Position numbers and translations under genes: made by a program. DNA of 63,211 bases, counting the filler, from Octopus bimaculoides (Eukaryota), in the NCBI RefSeq assembly GCF_001194135.2. It is 8 parts of 8 records of this genome, joined end to end, with 100 filler letters (N's around TTAATTAATTAA, not from the genome) between each part and the next. Parts side by side here need not be neighbours in the genome. Positions count along the whole stretch, not along the records: positions 37,661 to 52,734 come from NC_068985.1; positions 52,835 to 57,413 come from NC_068998.1; positions 57,514 to 61,166 come from NC_068986.1; positions 61,267 to 63,211 come from NC_069006.1; 4 more parts are not named here. The stretch is one strand, 5' to 3'. Below the pieces are notes generated by a model that searched no databases, was not told the origin of the DNA, and worked only from the letters and a program-made list of their open reading frames with translations. Positions 48,775 to 63,140 of the stretch are shown one piece after another; the first letter of the stretch is position 1, and each line of letters starts with the position of its first letter.

Positions 48775-48940
48775 CTTTTATCTTTTATTAGTTGCAGTCA
48801 TTAGACTGCGGCCATTATGGAACACCGCTTCGAAAAATTTTTAGTCAAATGAATCGACTCCCAGTACTCATTCTATCGTCGCTTTTGCCGAACCGCTAAG
48901 TAATGGGGACGTAAGCACATCACTGGAAAGACACAAAGAC
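48775..48940 (-). mobile_element. SINE B 3' half
   Basis: cagtcattagactgcggcc...gccgaaccgctaagtaatggggacg. Confidence 0.8.
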
Positions 48941-48979
48941 ACACACAACATATATATATATATATATACACACATTAAG

Positions 48980-49150
48980 ATTGCTGTTGGAAGGTAAGAG
49001 AAAACATGGCGTAGTACATTCAAAGGAGACCTACGCAGACTGAACATCACCTGGGAAGAAGCAAATGGGTTGGCCAAAGACAAATGGCAATCACTGACTG
49101 CCTGATGCGCCACTCAAAGGCACCAACGGAACCTAAGAAGAAGGAAAAGA
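48980..49150 (+). mobile_element. RTE LINE 3' end fragment
   Basis: RKTWRSTFKGDLRRLNITWEEANGLAKDKWQSL. Confidence 0.65.
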
Positions 49151-49164
49151 AGAATCCTTGCAGT

Positions 49165-49310
49165 TTTCGTCTACCTAATCCACTCCGAAGGCCTTAGTTA
49201 GCTGGAGGCCAAAATAAGAGACATTTGCTCAAGGTGCCACACTGTGAGACTGAACACGGAATCATATGGTTAAGAAGCAATTTTCTTACCACAAATCCAC
49301 GCTCACTTGT
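49165..49310 (-). mobile_element. Degenerate SINE B head
   Basis: gacatttgctcaaggtgccacactgtgagactgaacacggaatcatatgg. Confidence 0.7.
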
Positions 49311-49511
49311 GTGTTCTCTTGTCTCAGTGTTTATAAAGTATATGGAATCTCGGTGAATGGTAGATTCAGAACAGACGTAGACAAATATATCTTGCGTTTA
49401 TTATTGATGTTTCCTTTAAATCTATATGAGCTTTAGCTTTTATCTGTCACTGGTGATAAGAATGTGTATGAGTTTGTATATAATATAATATGGTATAATA
49501 TATATGTAATA

Positions 49512-49580
<69 letters not shown>

Positions 49581-49629
49581 CATATATATATATATGTATG
49601 CATGTATGTATGGATGTATGTGTGTAGGT

Positions 49630-49832
49630 ATGGATGTATGCTACCCATACGGCAAAAAACTATCTGACAATTGCATGTCAGAACTTAATGTATAAGATAT
49701 ATACAGCATGTTTAAACCTCTTCCTCCAGGACCATTGTGAAACCAATAACATTATCAGAGAAGAACAAGCGGCTGGGAAGAAGGGAGTCTGGGGGTGTGC
49801 CGGGCAATTGTTAATCAACAAAACTGTGCTAT
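49630..49832 (+). mobile_element. R4/Dong RT fragment
   Basis: [49 protein letters not shown]. Confidence 0.85.
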
Positions 49833-50742
49833 CCAGTTGAGTTTGAGGATAAATTCCTTGAGGCATTACTTGAAGAACATCCTGCATTATCAGTTGAAGA
49901 ATTGGCAATAAAGCTTAGTTCAAACCATACAACTGTTAATCGTCATCTTCAACAACTTGGAAAGGTTCCTAAACTTGAAAAATGGGTGCCTCATGAATTG
50001 TCCGAAAGCACCTGCAAATCCCGACTTCACATCTGCTCTTTTCTACATTCTCGTGAACTCATTTCATCCTTTTTTGATAGACTTGTGACTGGTGACGAAA
50101 AATGGATCTTTTATGGAAATGTTAAACGTCGTAAACAGTGGCTTGGTAAAAAGGAAAAAGCTCAACCACAACTGAGAAAGGAACTGCATGGAAAAAAGGT
50201 TCTTCTCTCTATCTGGTAGGATTGCAAAGGAGTAATTCATTTTAAATTGTTATCATTCTTAATGAAGCAACCAATACTTAAGTATACTGTCAGCAATTAG
50301 CGCGTTTGAACCAAGATTTGAAGAAAAAAAGACCCGCTTTAGTGAATCGAAAAGGAATGATGTTTCATCAGAACAATGCACGACCACACACTGCAAAGAT
50401 CACATTGCAGAAGATCGAAGAGCTTGGTTGGGAAAAAATTCCTCATCCACCTTATTCTCCCCCCGACCTTGCACCTTCAGAATACCATTTGTTTCGTAGT
50501 TTACAGAATGATTTCGGGGACATAACTTTCGCAAGCCAGAAGGAGGTCGAAACTGACATTTCAGAGTTCTTCGCTTTGAAAACAAAGAGTTTTACATTGA
50601 TGAGATTGAAAAGCTTGTAAATAGATGGAAGGAAGTCGTAGATAATTGGGGAAAGTACATTGATAATTAAATTTCAATTAAATATAACATTTGATCACTT
50701 CTTTATTCAAAATTCAGACAGAACTTATGGGATGACCTGATA
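49833..50742 (+). mobile_element. Mariner element, 5'-truncated, right TIR present
   Basis: WVPHEL; LVTGDEKWIFY.N; LH.KKVLL.IW; HQNNARPH; PHPPYSPPDLAPSEYHLFRSL; ends cagaacttatgggatgacctga-TA. Confidence 0.95.
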
Positions 50743-50768
50743 TATATATATATATATANNNNNNNNNN

Positions 50769-50841
<73 letters not shown>

Positions 50842-51538
50842 ATGTATAGACATAGTAAAGAAACAGAAAAATGGTAATAATATTTCATTAAAGGGCTAGT
50901 ATATCATACATAGTATAGCGTATCTAAAGCTGCTCTATTCAATATAAATGTCATATTTTAAGTTATGTAGGGTGTGGTATGAGTGACAATTGGCTGCTAA
51001 ATCTTGAAAGTGAGGGTGTTCATACATAGGCACCTTCGTTAGTTCTTGATGTAGACCGCCACCAGTACGTCATACCATTAAGAATGTCAGAAATGAAGAA
51101 AGCTACAATAATATTGAACCTAGAAAAGACATAAAAACTAAATATGCTTTCTTTCAGAAAGTTCCGTAGTTTATTTATGGTAGATCTGTGCAGTATTGAG
51201 CGTCATTCTTTCATTTATTTCGTTATGATAACATTAACAAACATAAGTTAATGGAATATCTATAAAGAATATTGGCAACACAATAGCGTACTTTGACAGA
51301 CAATAGTTTCTTATTAAGCAGAAGGTCGTACAGTCATTTTATTGAATAGCCAACGTGCAAACAAATGGTGGCTGTACGGTATATGGATTGACGTTGTAGG
51401 GATGGTGATGGTGCTGCTGCACGATCAATAGATCTACAGATATATCGATACTGGTCATTTCATCAATTAGAAATACATGCACATATAGACAAATTTATAT
51501 GTGTGTATGTATGTAAATACACATAATATATATACCGT

Positions 51539-51887
51539 TTTACTGTTTTACTGTTTTACTTGTTTCAGTCTTTTGACTGTGGCCATGCTGGAGCACCACC
51601 TTTAGTCGAGCAAATCGACCCCAGGACTTATTCTTTGGAAGCCTAGTACTTATTCTATCGGTCTCTTTTGCCGAACCGCTAAGTTACGGGGACATAAACA
51701 CACCAGCATCGGGGGGACAAACACAGACATACAAACGCATACACACATACATATATATATACATATATATATACACACATACATATATATATACATATAT
51801 ACGACAGGCTTCTTTCAGTTTCCGTCTACCAAATCCACTCACAAGGCTTTGGTCGGCCCGAGGCTATAGTCGAAGACACTTGCCCAT
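51539..51887 (-). mobile_element. SINE B, near full length, cut by a gap
   Basis: Complete tail, body, internal microsatellite and CORE-like segment. Confidence 0.92.
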
Positions 51888-52114
51888 NNNNNNNNNNNNN
51901 NNNNNNNNNNNNNNNNNNNNNNNNNNNNNNNNNNNNNNNNNNNNNNNNNNNNNNNNNNNNNNNNNNNNNNNNNNNNNNNNNNNNNNNNNNNNNNNNNNNN
52001 NNNNNNNNNNNNNNNNNNNNNNNNNNNNNNNNNNNNNNNNNNNNNNNNNNNNNNNNNNNNNNNNNNNNNNNNNNNNNNNNNNNNNNNNNNNNNNNNNNNN
52101 NNNNNNNNNNNNNN

Positions 52115-52182
<68 letters not shown>

Positions 52183-52284
52183 TAGGAGAGAGACACTGAG
52201 TTTTATCAGAATATACAAAAGAGACGGATATATCACTATACACGTATGTGTATATGCATGTACATGTATATGTGTTTATATGCA

Positions 52285-52533
52285 CAAAACTGGCACTCCG
52301 TCGTTTACGACGACGAGTGTGTCCCAGTTCATCAGATTAACAGTACAGCATAACACAGAATGTGACAAACCTGGCCCTTAGAAATACCGATAGAACTAAT
52401 TATTGCCAGCTGCGTGGACTCGAACAACGTGAAATAAAATGTCTTTTTGAAGGATACAATGCGCTGCCAGTTATTGAACTCATAACCTTACGATCGTGAG
52501 CCGAATACTCAAACCACTAAGCCACTCACCTTC

Positions 52534-52535
<2 letters not shown>
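52285..52535 (-). mobile_element. tRNA-SINE sharing the SINE E tail
   Basis: ggcactccgtcgtttacgacg tail as at 22441; different tRNA-like head at the right end. Confidence 0.7.
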
Positions 52536-52577
<42 letters not shown>

Positions 52578-52734
52578 TGATAGCTTATTGTGTCTGAATT
52601 TCTACTTCACAACACGAGCAAACCATATTCTTTTCAACAAGTACTGAGCACACCTCGTGTAATAGGTCGGTACGTCTCAACATTCATATATATATGCATG
52701 CATCCATTTATTCTTCCGTATATATATATATATA

Positions 52735-52834
52735 NNNNNNNNNNNNNNNNNNNNNNNNNNNNNNNNNNNNNNNNNNNNTTAATTAATTAANNNNNNNNNN
52801 NNNNNNNNNNNNNNNNNNNNNNNNNNNNNNNNNN
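52735..52834. other. Artificial 100-bp scaffold-join gap
   Basis: Linker at 52779-52790. Confidence 0.95.
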
Positions 52835-52993
52835 TATATATATATATATATTATATTTCCCTTTTAGATTCACACACTTATTGCAGTGGTCCTTTAATTT
52901 TCCTAAACTCAGTAAAAGATTTCGGAAAGTTGGATCTGCAACCAGGCCTTTCATGATACTCTTAAAACCAGAAACGTTTCAGCAACCCCGCTC

Positions 52994-53047
<54 letters not shown>

Positions 53048-54819
53048 ACATGTAGGTATATAGATAGATACACATAGTTAGGCTTGTGACATAAAAATGG
53101 AGCACAAAACACAGATTATAAAATAAAGAAAAAGATTATGTCTTATCTCGACAACTGTTTCTAGAGGACTATAACTTATCTAATAACCATGCTCACTAGT
53201 AATATATGCATGATGTCATAGGTGTGCAATCAGCCACAAGCCTAGATGGGATTGTTAAATTAAGTTAGGCTTAGAAATGCACTTAAAGCTGAATTTGGAT
53301 GCCGCGGCACTAGCCTTGGACGAAGAAGATTGTGTTAGATGACATGCAGCGGAGGACAACACTGCGTGATATATACTGACCACATTTTGGTTTCATCCAC
53401 TCACTTTACATATTTACAAATACGCAAACATACATTTAGATATATATGAGCATGTCTAGATATGAAACTATATGTATGAGAATACATACATAAAACATAC
53501 AAATCTGCACATGCATACATACATACAAACATGCATATATATACATGGATACATACATATATACATACATACATGCACACATACATACAAACAAATAAAA
53601 ATACCCTGTTGCTGATGTCGGAATTCCAATGAAGGTGTCTTGGATCTAGGTTAGAAACTGCTTCTTTCTCTATTGGCTAGAAATCTTGAAACTAGCTGCA
53701 TAATTACATACATACATACATACATTAGTATTGATAATGATCAAGAGAATGGAGGTTTTTTTCCACATTATTTAATAAAATTATTCATGTGGAAAAAGTG
53801 TCTCCGTCCTCCTCATCATTATTGATATATTACTTACTCTACGGAAACTATGCAGTGCTCTATAAGGCACTCGGATTTACTAAGCGAGAATAATTGTGAG
53901 TCTAGCAAATTATTGTCAACTCAGGTATCACCTAAAGTTCGCTGTAGTTAGCCGGCATATAAAACCTATTTTGGAGAGAAAACGGTAACCGCCAGAATTA
54001 TATCTCCCTTTGAACTCATTTTGGAAGATATATATATCGCCTGTGTTACCTATGAAATCATTTTCAACTGGTACTATTTCAACGAAATGTTTTGACCATA
54101 TTTGTCCTGTTCCAAAGTTTATCAGTTAACCTCTTGGACTTCGTTGTTTTCAAAATAAGTGAACAGACCAATTCACAGAGAGTTCTGCTGGAAACCTGTG
54201 AACAACAACGCCACTATTTACAGTTTGTCGTCGAAAATAAATAAATAGCCGAAATATACTAAATATTAAATGAACAATTCTTTCTTAGAAATAACATCAT
54301 ACACACAAAAACTACAGGAAACTGTACCATAATTTCTAATCGCTGTCATCACTAACATTTTTATAATTCTACTAATTCATCATCAATCATTTAATGCCAA
54401 TTTTAATTCATACTTGCAACTTCCTAAAGCGTTCTTAATCTTCAAGACGGCTTTGTAATTCTTTTAAATCGTATGGAAATCGAAAGAATTGACTTAAATA
54501 ATTGATTAGCCTTTAGTCGCTTTCCGTTATGTTTTCCGTTAATTTATTTACATATTTTTGATAATTATATTTGATATTATCGTTGTTGTTGGTGGTGATG
54601 GTCTTTTAAATTTATTTGATTAAAAACCGAAAATAAAATCATATGCGATAACAAAAAGAAAAGAACTGAAATATCTGTTAATTTTAAGTTAGTTAAATAA
54701 TAAAGTATAAAATAATAATTATGCATATAATAACACTGTAATGTGTTAAAGTTCTTCAGTTTCTGGTTTATTTATTTCGACAAACATCTGGAAATATTTA
54801 TTTTTTTCCGATGCATCAA

Positions 54820-55040
54820 CAAAAGTTTTGCGACACCGTAACAGTATCTGCCAACATTTCACTTTGCGTTTCAACCTTTCGGAGTCGATAAAATAAGAAC
54901 CAGATGAGTCCTGCGATCGATGTAATCGACTTACCCTTTCCCCTGGTATTATCATCATTGTTGTTGTTGTAGCTCTAGTTTTTCAAATGCTGCCGAGGTC
55001 GACTTTGCCTTCGTGGCCGATAAAATAAGTACCAATTGAC
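54820..55040 (+). mobile_element. Two SINE A fragments
   Basis: cctttcggagtcgataaaataagaaccag...gatgtaatcgact and gccgaggtcgactttgcc...gataaaataagtacc. Confidence 0.75.
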
Positions 55041-56596
55041 AACTGATCTTGCGTTTTCCGGTCCCTCTTTTGTCACCCTTTCTACTCAAAAGTAAAAGGA
55101 GATGAGCCTCGACCAGTTCCAATCAAAAGACGCATGAGACCACACCCAAAGCGTACAAACTTATGCTGTAGTAGTTCCTGTATTGAATCCTATCTATATA
55201 ATGAGTCTTTGGTAAATTCTGTAAAGTGAATTTCTAGACAGTAGAAAATCTAAGAAATGGACACCCACCATTTATTCTCTATTCCATATATCAGTATCAA
55301 AAGTCGTTTGCGTAAATGCAACCGCATTAGGGACAATTTCGATTCATAGTATCTCGCCTACCGACATAGTTTTCCTAGACTTATTAGGTGAAAGCGTTTA
55401 GCTTCAGGTGAATTCTCGAACGCAAGTTCTCGGTGTCATGATTACGAACCGTTTGTAGAAGATAAATTATGAGGGATGTTTTATTCAGATTTATAGTAAG
55501 AGCTGTTAGTGAGGAGAGAGAGTTTAGAAACTTTATGGATAGCTTTTCTTTGTTTCTCTCTTCGTTGACGTGTATCTCACCAGATAATAAAATGGGAACA
55601 TTCGGAACTCGGGCAGTCGTGACGCTTCTGGGAAATTAAACAAAGTTATTTTCATCGACACTTCCCGATTTATAAATCCGTTGTATACCATGGATATCAA
55701 AAATAGTTAAGTGACCATGTTTTCTAGTTAAGTTGCCCATAAAAAAGGGGCTTATCGCAAGATTTCAAGATGAGAAAATTGTTTCTTGTCGTTATGAGTA
55801 AAGTGGTGTGAGTTTATATAAATGCTGGTATGTCCCAATTCCGGACCTAATGCGACTGATACCAAACTTAAAACTAAAGCAATTCAAAAACAATATCAGC
55901 AATACAAAAGTGTAAATAAATGAATACATCGATGAATAGGGAACCGGGATTTAGTTCCCAAATATTTGCAGCAAGTGAAATCTGTTATAGGCAAGCAAAA
56001 GCAACGTGGAACATTGATAGGTATTAAATCCAGTGGCAGCGTGTTGAGGATACACTCAGATATATAATGTGAACGCGCGTGATATACATGGTGCGAATGG
56101 GCACACAATAAAGGGAGGGAGCTGGCATACAAAAGAGGGAGAACGTGGCTATAAGATACAAGGTGTGAGTGGGTGTTGTATATAACAATAAACATAAAAG
56201 ACTCTCAGAAAATAGGAATTTCTATACATTTTTCCGTTTAAATCTTGCTTCCATTGTAGTATAAATAATGTGATTTCGAATATTTCAGTTATATTGTTGA
56301 AATCACAATTTCATTTGTAATGTTATCTTCAGACGCCAGATGAATCCATGTATTATATTTGTTTAAATTTCCATTCGGGCCTTAACGTCAATACCTTCCG
56401 TTTTAAATCATTGTCAAAGAATAAAGAAATATAAAAGAGAAAGAGAGACAGAAAGACTTCAGTTGAATAATATTAAGTAGGATATCGAATCCATTGTGTA
56501 TTATTCAACAGACTTATGTGATGCGAATAATATAGGATGAGAAAACTTAATCAATAACTCATCAACAACAGTTCCCATAGATACATATTACGTCTG

Positions 56597-56635
<39 letters not shown>

Positions 56636-56669
56636 GTGCATCTATATATATATGCTTTTATATGGCTAC

Positions 56670-56716
<47 letters not shown>

Positions 56717-57051
56717 TATGTATTTATATATTGGAATATGTGTATATATGTGTGTGTGTATATAGATAGAATTACATGTCTATATGCTCACGCAGATTCG
56801 TGTGTATGTGTGTAACATTGACTGTATGAATAGAACTACATGTGTTTATGCAAGAGTATATTCTTTTGTATCGTTTATCTCGAACAATTCTATTGTTGGT
56901 TACAGGTTTCCAATAAACATGGTTATAATTTACAACTGAGTGCCTTTACGGATCGGGTGAGACTAATATTGTAATGCAGTTTCGTTTTATAGCCCCTTAT
57001 TAAATCTCGGCCACGGCACGAATGTTACAAACACATAAATATACACAGAAG

Positions 57052-57083
<32 letters not shown>

Positions 57084-57182
57084 CACACGCACGTGTTTAT
57101 GTATACCCTAGCCATATGAACACTCATAAACACACAGGATAACAAACAGATGTTTGATATATATATATATATATATATATGT

Positions 57183-57218
<36 letters not shown>

Positions 57219-57274
57219 ATGCGTGTGTGTGCGTGTATAGAATATGGGGGCTTTAGTTCACCGCTGAGCTAAAC

Positions 57275-57350
57275 CAGTGGTTCCCAACCTTTTCACAGTG
57301 GTGGAATACGCTTTTAGTTAAATGAGTTTTCCCACTGACCCCTTTTGATA
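57275..57350 (+). mobile_element. hAT (Charlie-like) left terminus
   Basis: CAGTGGTTCCCAACCTTTT, a typical hAT TIR start. The right end is not seen before the gap. Confidence 0.6.
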
Positions 57351-57371
57351 TGCTTATCCTTATGTGTGTGA

Positions 57372-57413
<42 letters not shown>

Positions 57414-57513
57414 NNNNNNNNNNNNNNNNNNNNNNNNNNNNNNNNNNNNNNNNNNNNTTAATTAATTAANNNNNNNNNNNNNNNNNNNNNNNNNNNNNNN
57501 NNNNNNNNNNNNN
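57414..57513. other. Artificial 100-bp scaffold-join gap
   Basis: Linker at 57458-57469. Confidence 0.95.
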
Positions 57514-57570
<57 letters not shown>

Positions 57571-58026
57571 TTGTGTAGATATATATGTGCGCTTGTGTGC
57601 GTGCCTGTAATACTGTGAATGTGTGTGTGTGTGTACATTTGCGTATTTGTGTTTGAGTTTGTATCGAAAGTCAACAGTTCACTTCAAATTAGTCATGTTC
57701 ATTTAAAGAAACCTTCGAAATGAGTAAATTACCCGAGGGCCTCGTATACGAAGACACAAATGCATCTCACCTCCCTAATACACACAAACAAACTTTGCTG
57801 CACACACATACACGAACACACGTACCTTCATACACATACACACCGTCACATAAACGTGCGTACTCACTAGCACAGGCTCACACACAACCACACGCACAAA
57901 CGCTTATAGTATGCGTAGACAGCCATATTGACGAAATGAGACGTTTGAGCGTATCTGACTTCTGTTTTGTAACGACTGAAACGTAAATGAAAACACTATT
58001 GGCGTAAAATTACTGTGGTAGAAGTT

Positions 58027-58167
<141 letters not shown>

Positions 58168-58237
58168 NNNNNNNNNNNNNNNNNNNNNNNNNNNNNNNNN
58201 NNNNNNNNNNNNNNNNNNNNNNNNNNNNNNNNNNNNN

Positions 58238-58289
<52 letters not shown>

Positions 58290-58809
58290 ATAGCATATAG
58301 TAATATAGTACCACAGCAGACAAAAATCATCATCAGAGGTGGTGGGATTGCTAAATTTGTATTTCCCCTTCTTTGAGCTTCGTCAATAGCAAGTATCCAC
58401 GGGCAAACGCATGCTAACACAAAATCAGCCGCTACTGAATGTAGTAAAACAGTGACTGAAAAAAATCACTGACATCGCAATTAACTGGCCGGCTGAATTA
58501 AATTCGTTTTGATGTGATGCTAACTGCAAACCGTGTAAGGACGCTATAATGACATTATTCTAAGGATTTACCAATGTTGCAAATGACCATTTCTCTTTTT
58601 CTGCTTCTCTCTTTTTCTCATTTTCTCTCTCTGTTTCTCTCTCTCTCTCTCTCTCTCTGTCTTTTTGTTTTACCCTCCCACACCTTCTCTATATTTCCCT
58701 TTTACAACGTTAATGAAAATGGGTTCCATTCGCCTTTGACTGACTTCATTAATAAATTTATNNNNNNNNNNTTTCCTCAAATATTTCTGAAAATAGTAAT
58801 TATACAAAC

Positions 58810-58848
<39 letters not shown>

Positions 58849-58868
58849 TAATAATAATAATAATAATG

Positions 58869-58923
<55 letters not shown>
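58810..58923 (+). repeat. (AAT)n microsatellite
   Basis: Read directly. Confidence 0.97.
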
Positions 58924-58927
<4 letters not shown>

Positions 58928-59390
58928 AGTGTGAAAAATCTTTACTCAAATCGATTAGTGACAGGTGTAAGGATATTGGGGGGAGGTAATTTATTGGGGA
59001 TAGGGTAGGTGAGAGTATGCGAGATTGAGGTAGAGATGCGCGCGCGCGTGTGTATTAATGTGTGTGTGTGTGACTGTGTGTAAGTGACAAAGACAGCGTG
59101 CTCGTAATAGGTGTATGTGTTTACGATGTGATGAGTGTGTATGTATTTGCATGTGTTGTGTGTGATGAGTATGTGATATCTTTGCTAGATGCGACTCTGC
59201 GTGCGTGTGTGTGTGTGTTTGTGTGTGTTTGATGTATGCTATAGGTGTGTGATAAGCGTGGGACACTTATGATTTTCGAGATATGCGTGACATACCTCTG
59301 TGACTGCTATGTGCGTGTGATACTCGTGATGGGGCCTGGTGCTTGTATGTGCGCGGACGTAATCTTGTGTGGGTGAGATATAACGTGTGT

Positions 59391-59427
<37 letters not shown>

Positions 59428-60299
59428 TGTGTAAATAATTTATGTGGTGGATGCACTAGCGTATGTGTGTGTATGCGTGTTATATACGATGTGTCATGCG
59501 ATGTTGATGGTCTGTCTAATGTATGGTGATTCAGCCGATGATGATGTCGATGTTTAGTCCCAGGTCAGCTATNNNNNNNNNNNNNNNNNNNNNNNNNNNN
59601 NNNNNNNNNNNNNNNNNNNNNNNNNNNNNNNNNNNNNNNNNNNNNNNNNNNNNNNNNNNNNNNNNNNNNNNNNNNNNNNNNNNNNNNNNNNNNNNNNNNN
59701 NNNNNNNNNNNNNNNNNNNNNNNNNNNNNNNNNNNNNNNNNNNNNNNNNNNNNNNNNNNNNNNNNNNNNNNNNNNNNNNNNNNNNNNNNNNNNNNNNNNN
59801 NNNNNNNNNNNNNNNNNNNNNNNNNNNNNNNNNNNNNNNNNNNNNNNNNNNNNNNNNNNNNNNNNNNNNNNNNNNNNNNNNNNNNNNNNNNNNNNNNNNN
59901 NNNNNNNNNNNNNNNNNNNNNNNNNNNNNNNNNNNNNNNNNNNNNNNNNNNNNNNNNNNNNNNNNNNNNNNNNNNNNNNNNNNNNNNNNNNNNNNNNNNN
60001 NNNNNNNNNNNNNNNNNNNNNNNNNNNNNNNNNNNNNNNNNNNNNNNNNNNNNNNNNNNNNNNNNNNNNNNNNNNNNNNNNNNNNNGGAGTTCGTGCCGG
60101 AGTGGCGACGGAGTGGTTATCTAGTGATCATGCATGTGGCGGGTGAGTGTGTATGTGTGTGTGTGTGTGTGCGTGTGATGTGTTCTGTAGTTGTGTATTT
60201 CTTTTATATATGTATGTGCGGCTGTTTGTGTATATGTATGACTGTTTTATAGATGTGTGTGTGTGTGTGTGTGTGTGTATGTTTGCGTGTGTTTCTCTT

Positions 60300-60354
60300 T
60301 CATGATATTATGATGATAATGGCAGTCATAACGATGATGATGATAATGATGACA

Positions 60355-60415
<61 letters not shown>

Positions 60416-60445
60416 CAATAATAATGATAGTGATGACGATGATGA
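60300..60445 (+). repeat. (GAT)n microsatellite
   Basis: Read directly. Confidence 0.95.
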
Positions 60446-61127
60446 TGCGTGTGCTTGGTGATGTATATAATGACATGTTTGGTGATGTGTGATATGTGTT
60501 TATGTGTATAAGTGTGTGCTTGTGTGTGTATGTGTGTGTGTGTGTGTGTGTGTTTGTGTGTGTGTGTGCACACGCGTGTGAAATTAGTGCAGGTGAAGCC
60601 GTGTATATTTAATGAAGTCACTAACATTCCTGCTATGCTAGATGTGTATGTTTATATGTGTGCTTATGTCTATATTTATATATGTGTGTGTGTGTGTGTA
60701 TGTGCATGTGTGTGTGTCTTTGTGTGTTTGACGTGACGAAGAGGGGGTCAACTACCGTGTTGTTTTATATGCGTACATGTATGTATGTCTCTTTCTACGT
60801 GTGTGTGTTGTACGTGTGTGTGTGTGCGTATGCTGTGTATGCTGTGTGTGTGTGTGTGTGTGCGTGTGTGTGAGTGAGCGACTATGAACGTGTTTCAACA
60901 GATTGCGTGTGTTTGTTTTATGTTGTGTTTCACTTTATGTATTTCTCTGTAACTCTATCTATATGTATGCATGTGCTTGTACATGTGTATGTGTGCGTAT
61001 GTGTGTGTGTATGCGTGTGTGTGTTTGTGTATGTGTATATATGTATAAGTATATTGCACCATTTGAATTTGTGAGTCTATCAGACAGTATCAATTACTAT
61101 ATATACATGTATACATACATACATACA

Positions 61128-61166
<39 letters not shown>

Positions 61167-61266
61167 NNNNNNNNNNNNNNNNNNNNNNNNNNNNNNNNNN
61201 NNNNNNNNNNTTAATTAATTAANNNNNNNNNNNNNNNNNNNNNNNNNNNNNNNNNNNNNNNNNNNN
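61167..61266. other. Artificial 100-bp scaffold-join gap
   Basis: Linker at 61211-61222. Confidence 0.95.
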
Positions 61267-61289
61267 TATTATTGTTCAGTAGTTTTATT

Positions 61290-61495
61290 TTTATAACGTG
61301 ATTTCACTTCACTACCCGAGCGCAGCTCTGTGTGCCTTGGGTATGTGCTGTGGTTTGCTGTGATGCTCTTATGGTTACTGTATTGAAAGTGTTTTGCGTA
61401 GGATGTGTGCAGTGCCCAGTAGTGCAATTTTCTGTATGTTATATATATTTGTAAGTCCTGGTGTTTTTGTTATGTATTTGTCTGAATATTTTATT
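61290..61495 (-). mobile_element. R4/Dong LINE 3' terminal fragment
   Basis: Minus strand: IKYSDKYITKTPGLTNIYNIQKIALLGTAHILRKTLSIQ* plus 3' UTR; abuts (ATT)n. Confidence 0.88.
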
Positions 61496-61529
61496 ATTAT
61501 TATTATCATCATCATCATCATTCTTATTT

Positions 61530-61682
61530 TGGAGAGGAGACTAGTCGATTACATCGACACCAATGCTTGGCTAGTACTTATTTCCACGACCCCGAAAGGA
61601 TGAAATTCCAAGTCGAACTTGGCAGAGATCGAAACCCAAAAGTAAAGAGCCGGAAGAAATGCTATTAAGCATTTTCTCCGAT
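61530..61682 (-). mobile_element. SINE A
   Basis: agtcgattacatcgacacc...cgaccccgaaaggatgaaa. Confidence 0.75.
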
Positions 61683-61779
61683 TGGTAGGTCCGCAGTGGT
61701 GGCCAAATCATATGCTCATCATCAGCTCGTGACCTCCAGCTTAACTCCTCCCTTTTGTTTCATAGGCAACAACAGGCTC

Positions 61780-62000
61780 TTTCTATTGCCCCTCCCATCC
61801 TAATTTTTCTCTCATTTCAAGGTTTTCTAAGCATCCTCCTCACTGACTGAGCAGGGAATCCCCTACAACCAACCTCGACTGGGGGAAAACCATGACTGCC
61901 ATCCTTTTAGCTTGCAAACCTGCTGAAGACTCTCGTATTCGGCTTGGTTCCATTCCGAGGCATGATCACACTTTTGCCCGTGTTATACAAATACAGCGTC
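61780..62000 (-). mobile_element. Hero-clade RLE LINE C-terminal remnant
   Basis: Minus strand: AEYESLQQVCKLKGWQ, frameshift, VEVGCRGFPAQSVRRML. PVEVGCRGF is the Hero-type endonuclease C-terminal motif. Confidence 0.6.
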
Positions 62001-62260
62001 CTCTGGAGAGGTGAGTGCTTACAATTTATTGCCGTTTAAACATGAGCAGCAGCAACAACAACAACAACAACAGTAATAATAATAATAATAATCATAGTAA
62101 TAACATAATGTCTTTTCATTGTTTGTTATTTCAATAAGTACTCTTCTTCCTCCTCTTATTATTATTATTATAGAAATGACAATTAAACATTTCGAAACAT
62201 CATCATCATCAATTATTAATTTTCAATGTCTGAAATCATTCTCATACTCTCTTGTTTTGC

Positions 62261-62291
<31 letters not shown>

Positions 62292-62560
62292 GTTGTTGTT
62301 GCCTAAAGTACAGATATTATTAGTGTTATCATTAATTATTTTTATGATTAATTATTTGAAAACTAAAACGTTAATTAACCAGTGTTGTGTACTAGAAAAC
62401 CTGCCACTAAGCCATCACACATCACTTATGCAGACAACGATTGCCTCGCGTATTGGTGGTGGCGACAGCACTGGTTGTGGTGGAGGTAGCAGCCATGTTG
62501 GAGCTGGTAGGGGAAATATATTTGTGTGGTGTGTGTCTTCATGAACTAACGCGGAGGTTC

Positions 62561-62605
62561 GAGTGGAGTGGAGTGGAGTGGAGTGGAGTGGAGTGGAGTG
62601 GAGTG
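62561..62605 (+). repeat. (GAGTG)9 pentanucleotide repeat
   Basis: Read directly. Confidence 0.97.
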
Positions 62606-63140
62606 GTTGTGGGTAGGAGGCGGAGGAGGAGAAAATAAACCAGCGAGAGAAACATCAAAACAATTTGCTTGCAATGTTTAACAATTCGATATTTTGGGAA
62701 GAGCGTAAAAAAATACACACACATATATATAATGATATTTATAATCATAATAATTTCTTTATGAGCCACAAGGGGCCAAACAAATTATAGAAAACGCGTT
62801 ATAAAAAGCCGTTAAAACAGACAGACATACACATGTGTGTGTGTGTGTGTGTGTGTGTGCGCGTGATAGTATGTGTGTGTGTGTATATATATATACACAC
62901 ACAATAATATTCGTTTTCGGGGTTTTATATTGTCTTGAGCCTGATATATCAAAGTGGCTTCTACTTAATACCCAGCCCCACCATATGTGTGTGTGTGTTT
63001 GTGTGTCTACGAGCGTGTGTGCATGCGTGTGTTTATGTATATGTATGTATGTATACGTACATATACGTATGTATGTATATATGTATGTATCTATGTTTAT
63101 AGATAGATGATCTCTCTCTCTATATACGTGTGTGTGTGTA

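Noticed and set aside
58290-58420. Minus-strand CVCPWILAIDEAQRRGNTNLAIPPPLMMIFVCC possible exon
   Set aside because: No recognisable homology and no partner exons; needs RNA-seq.
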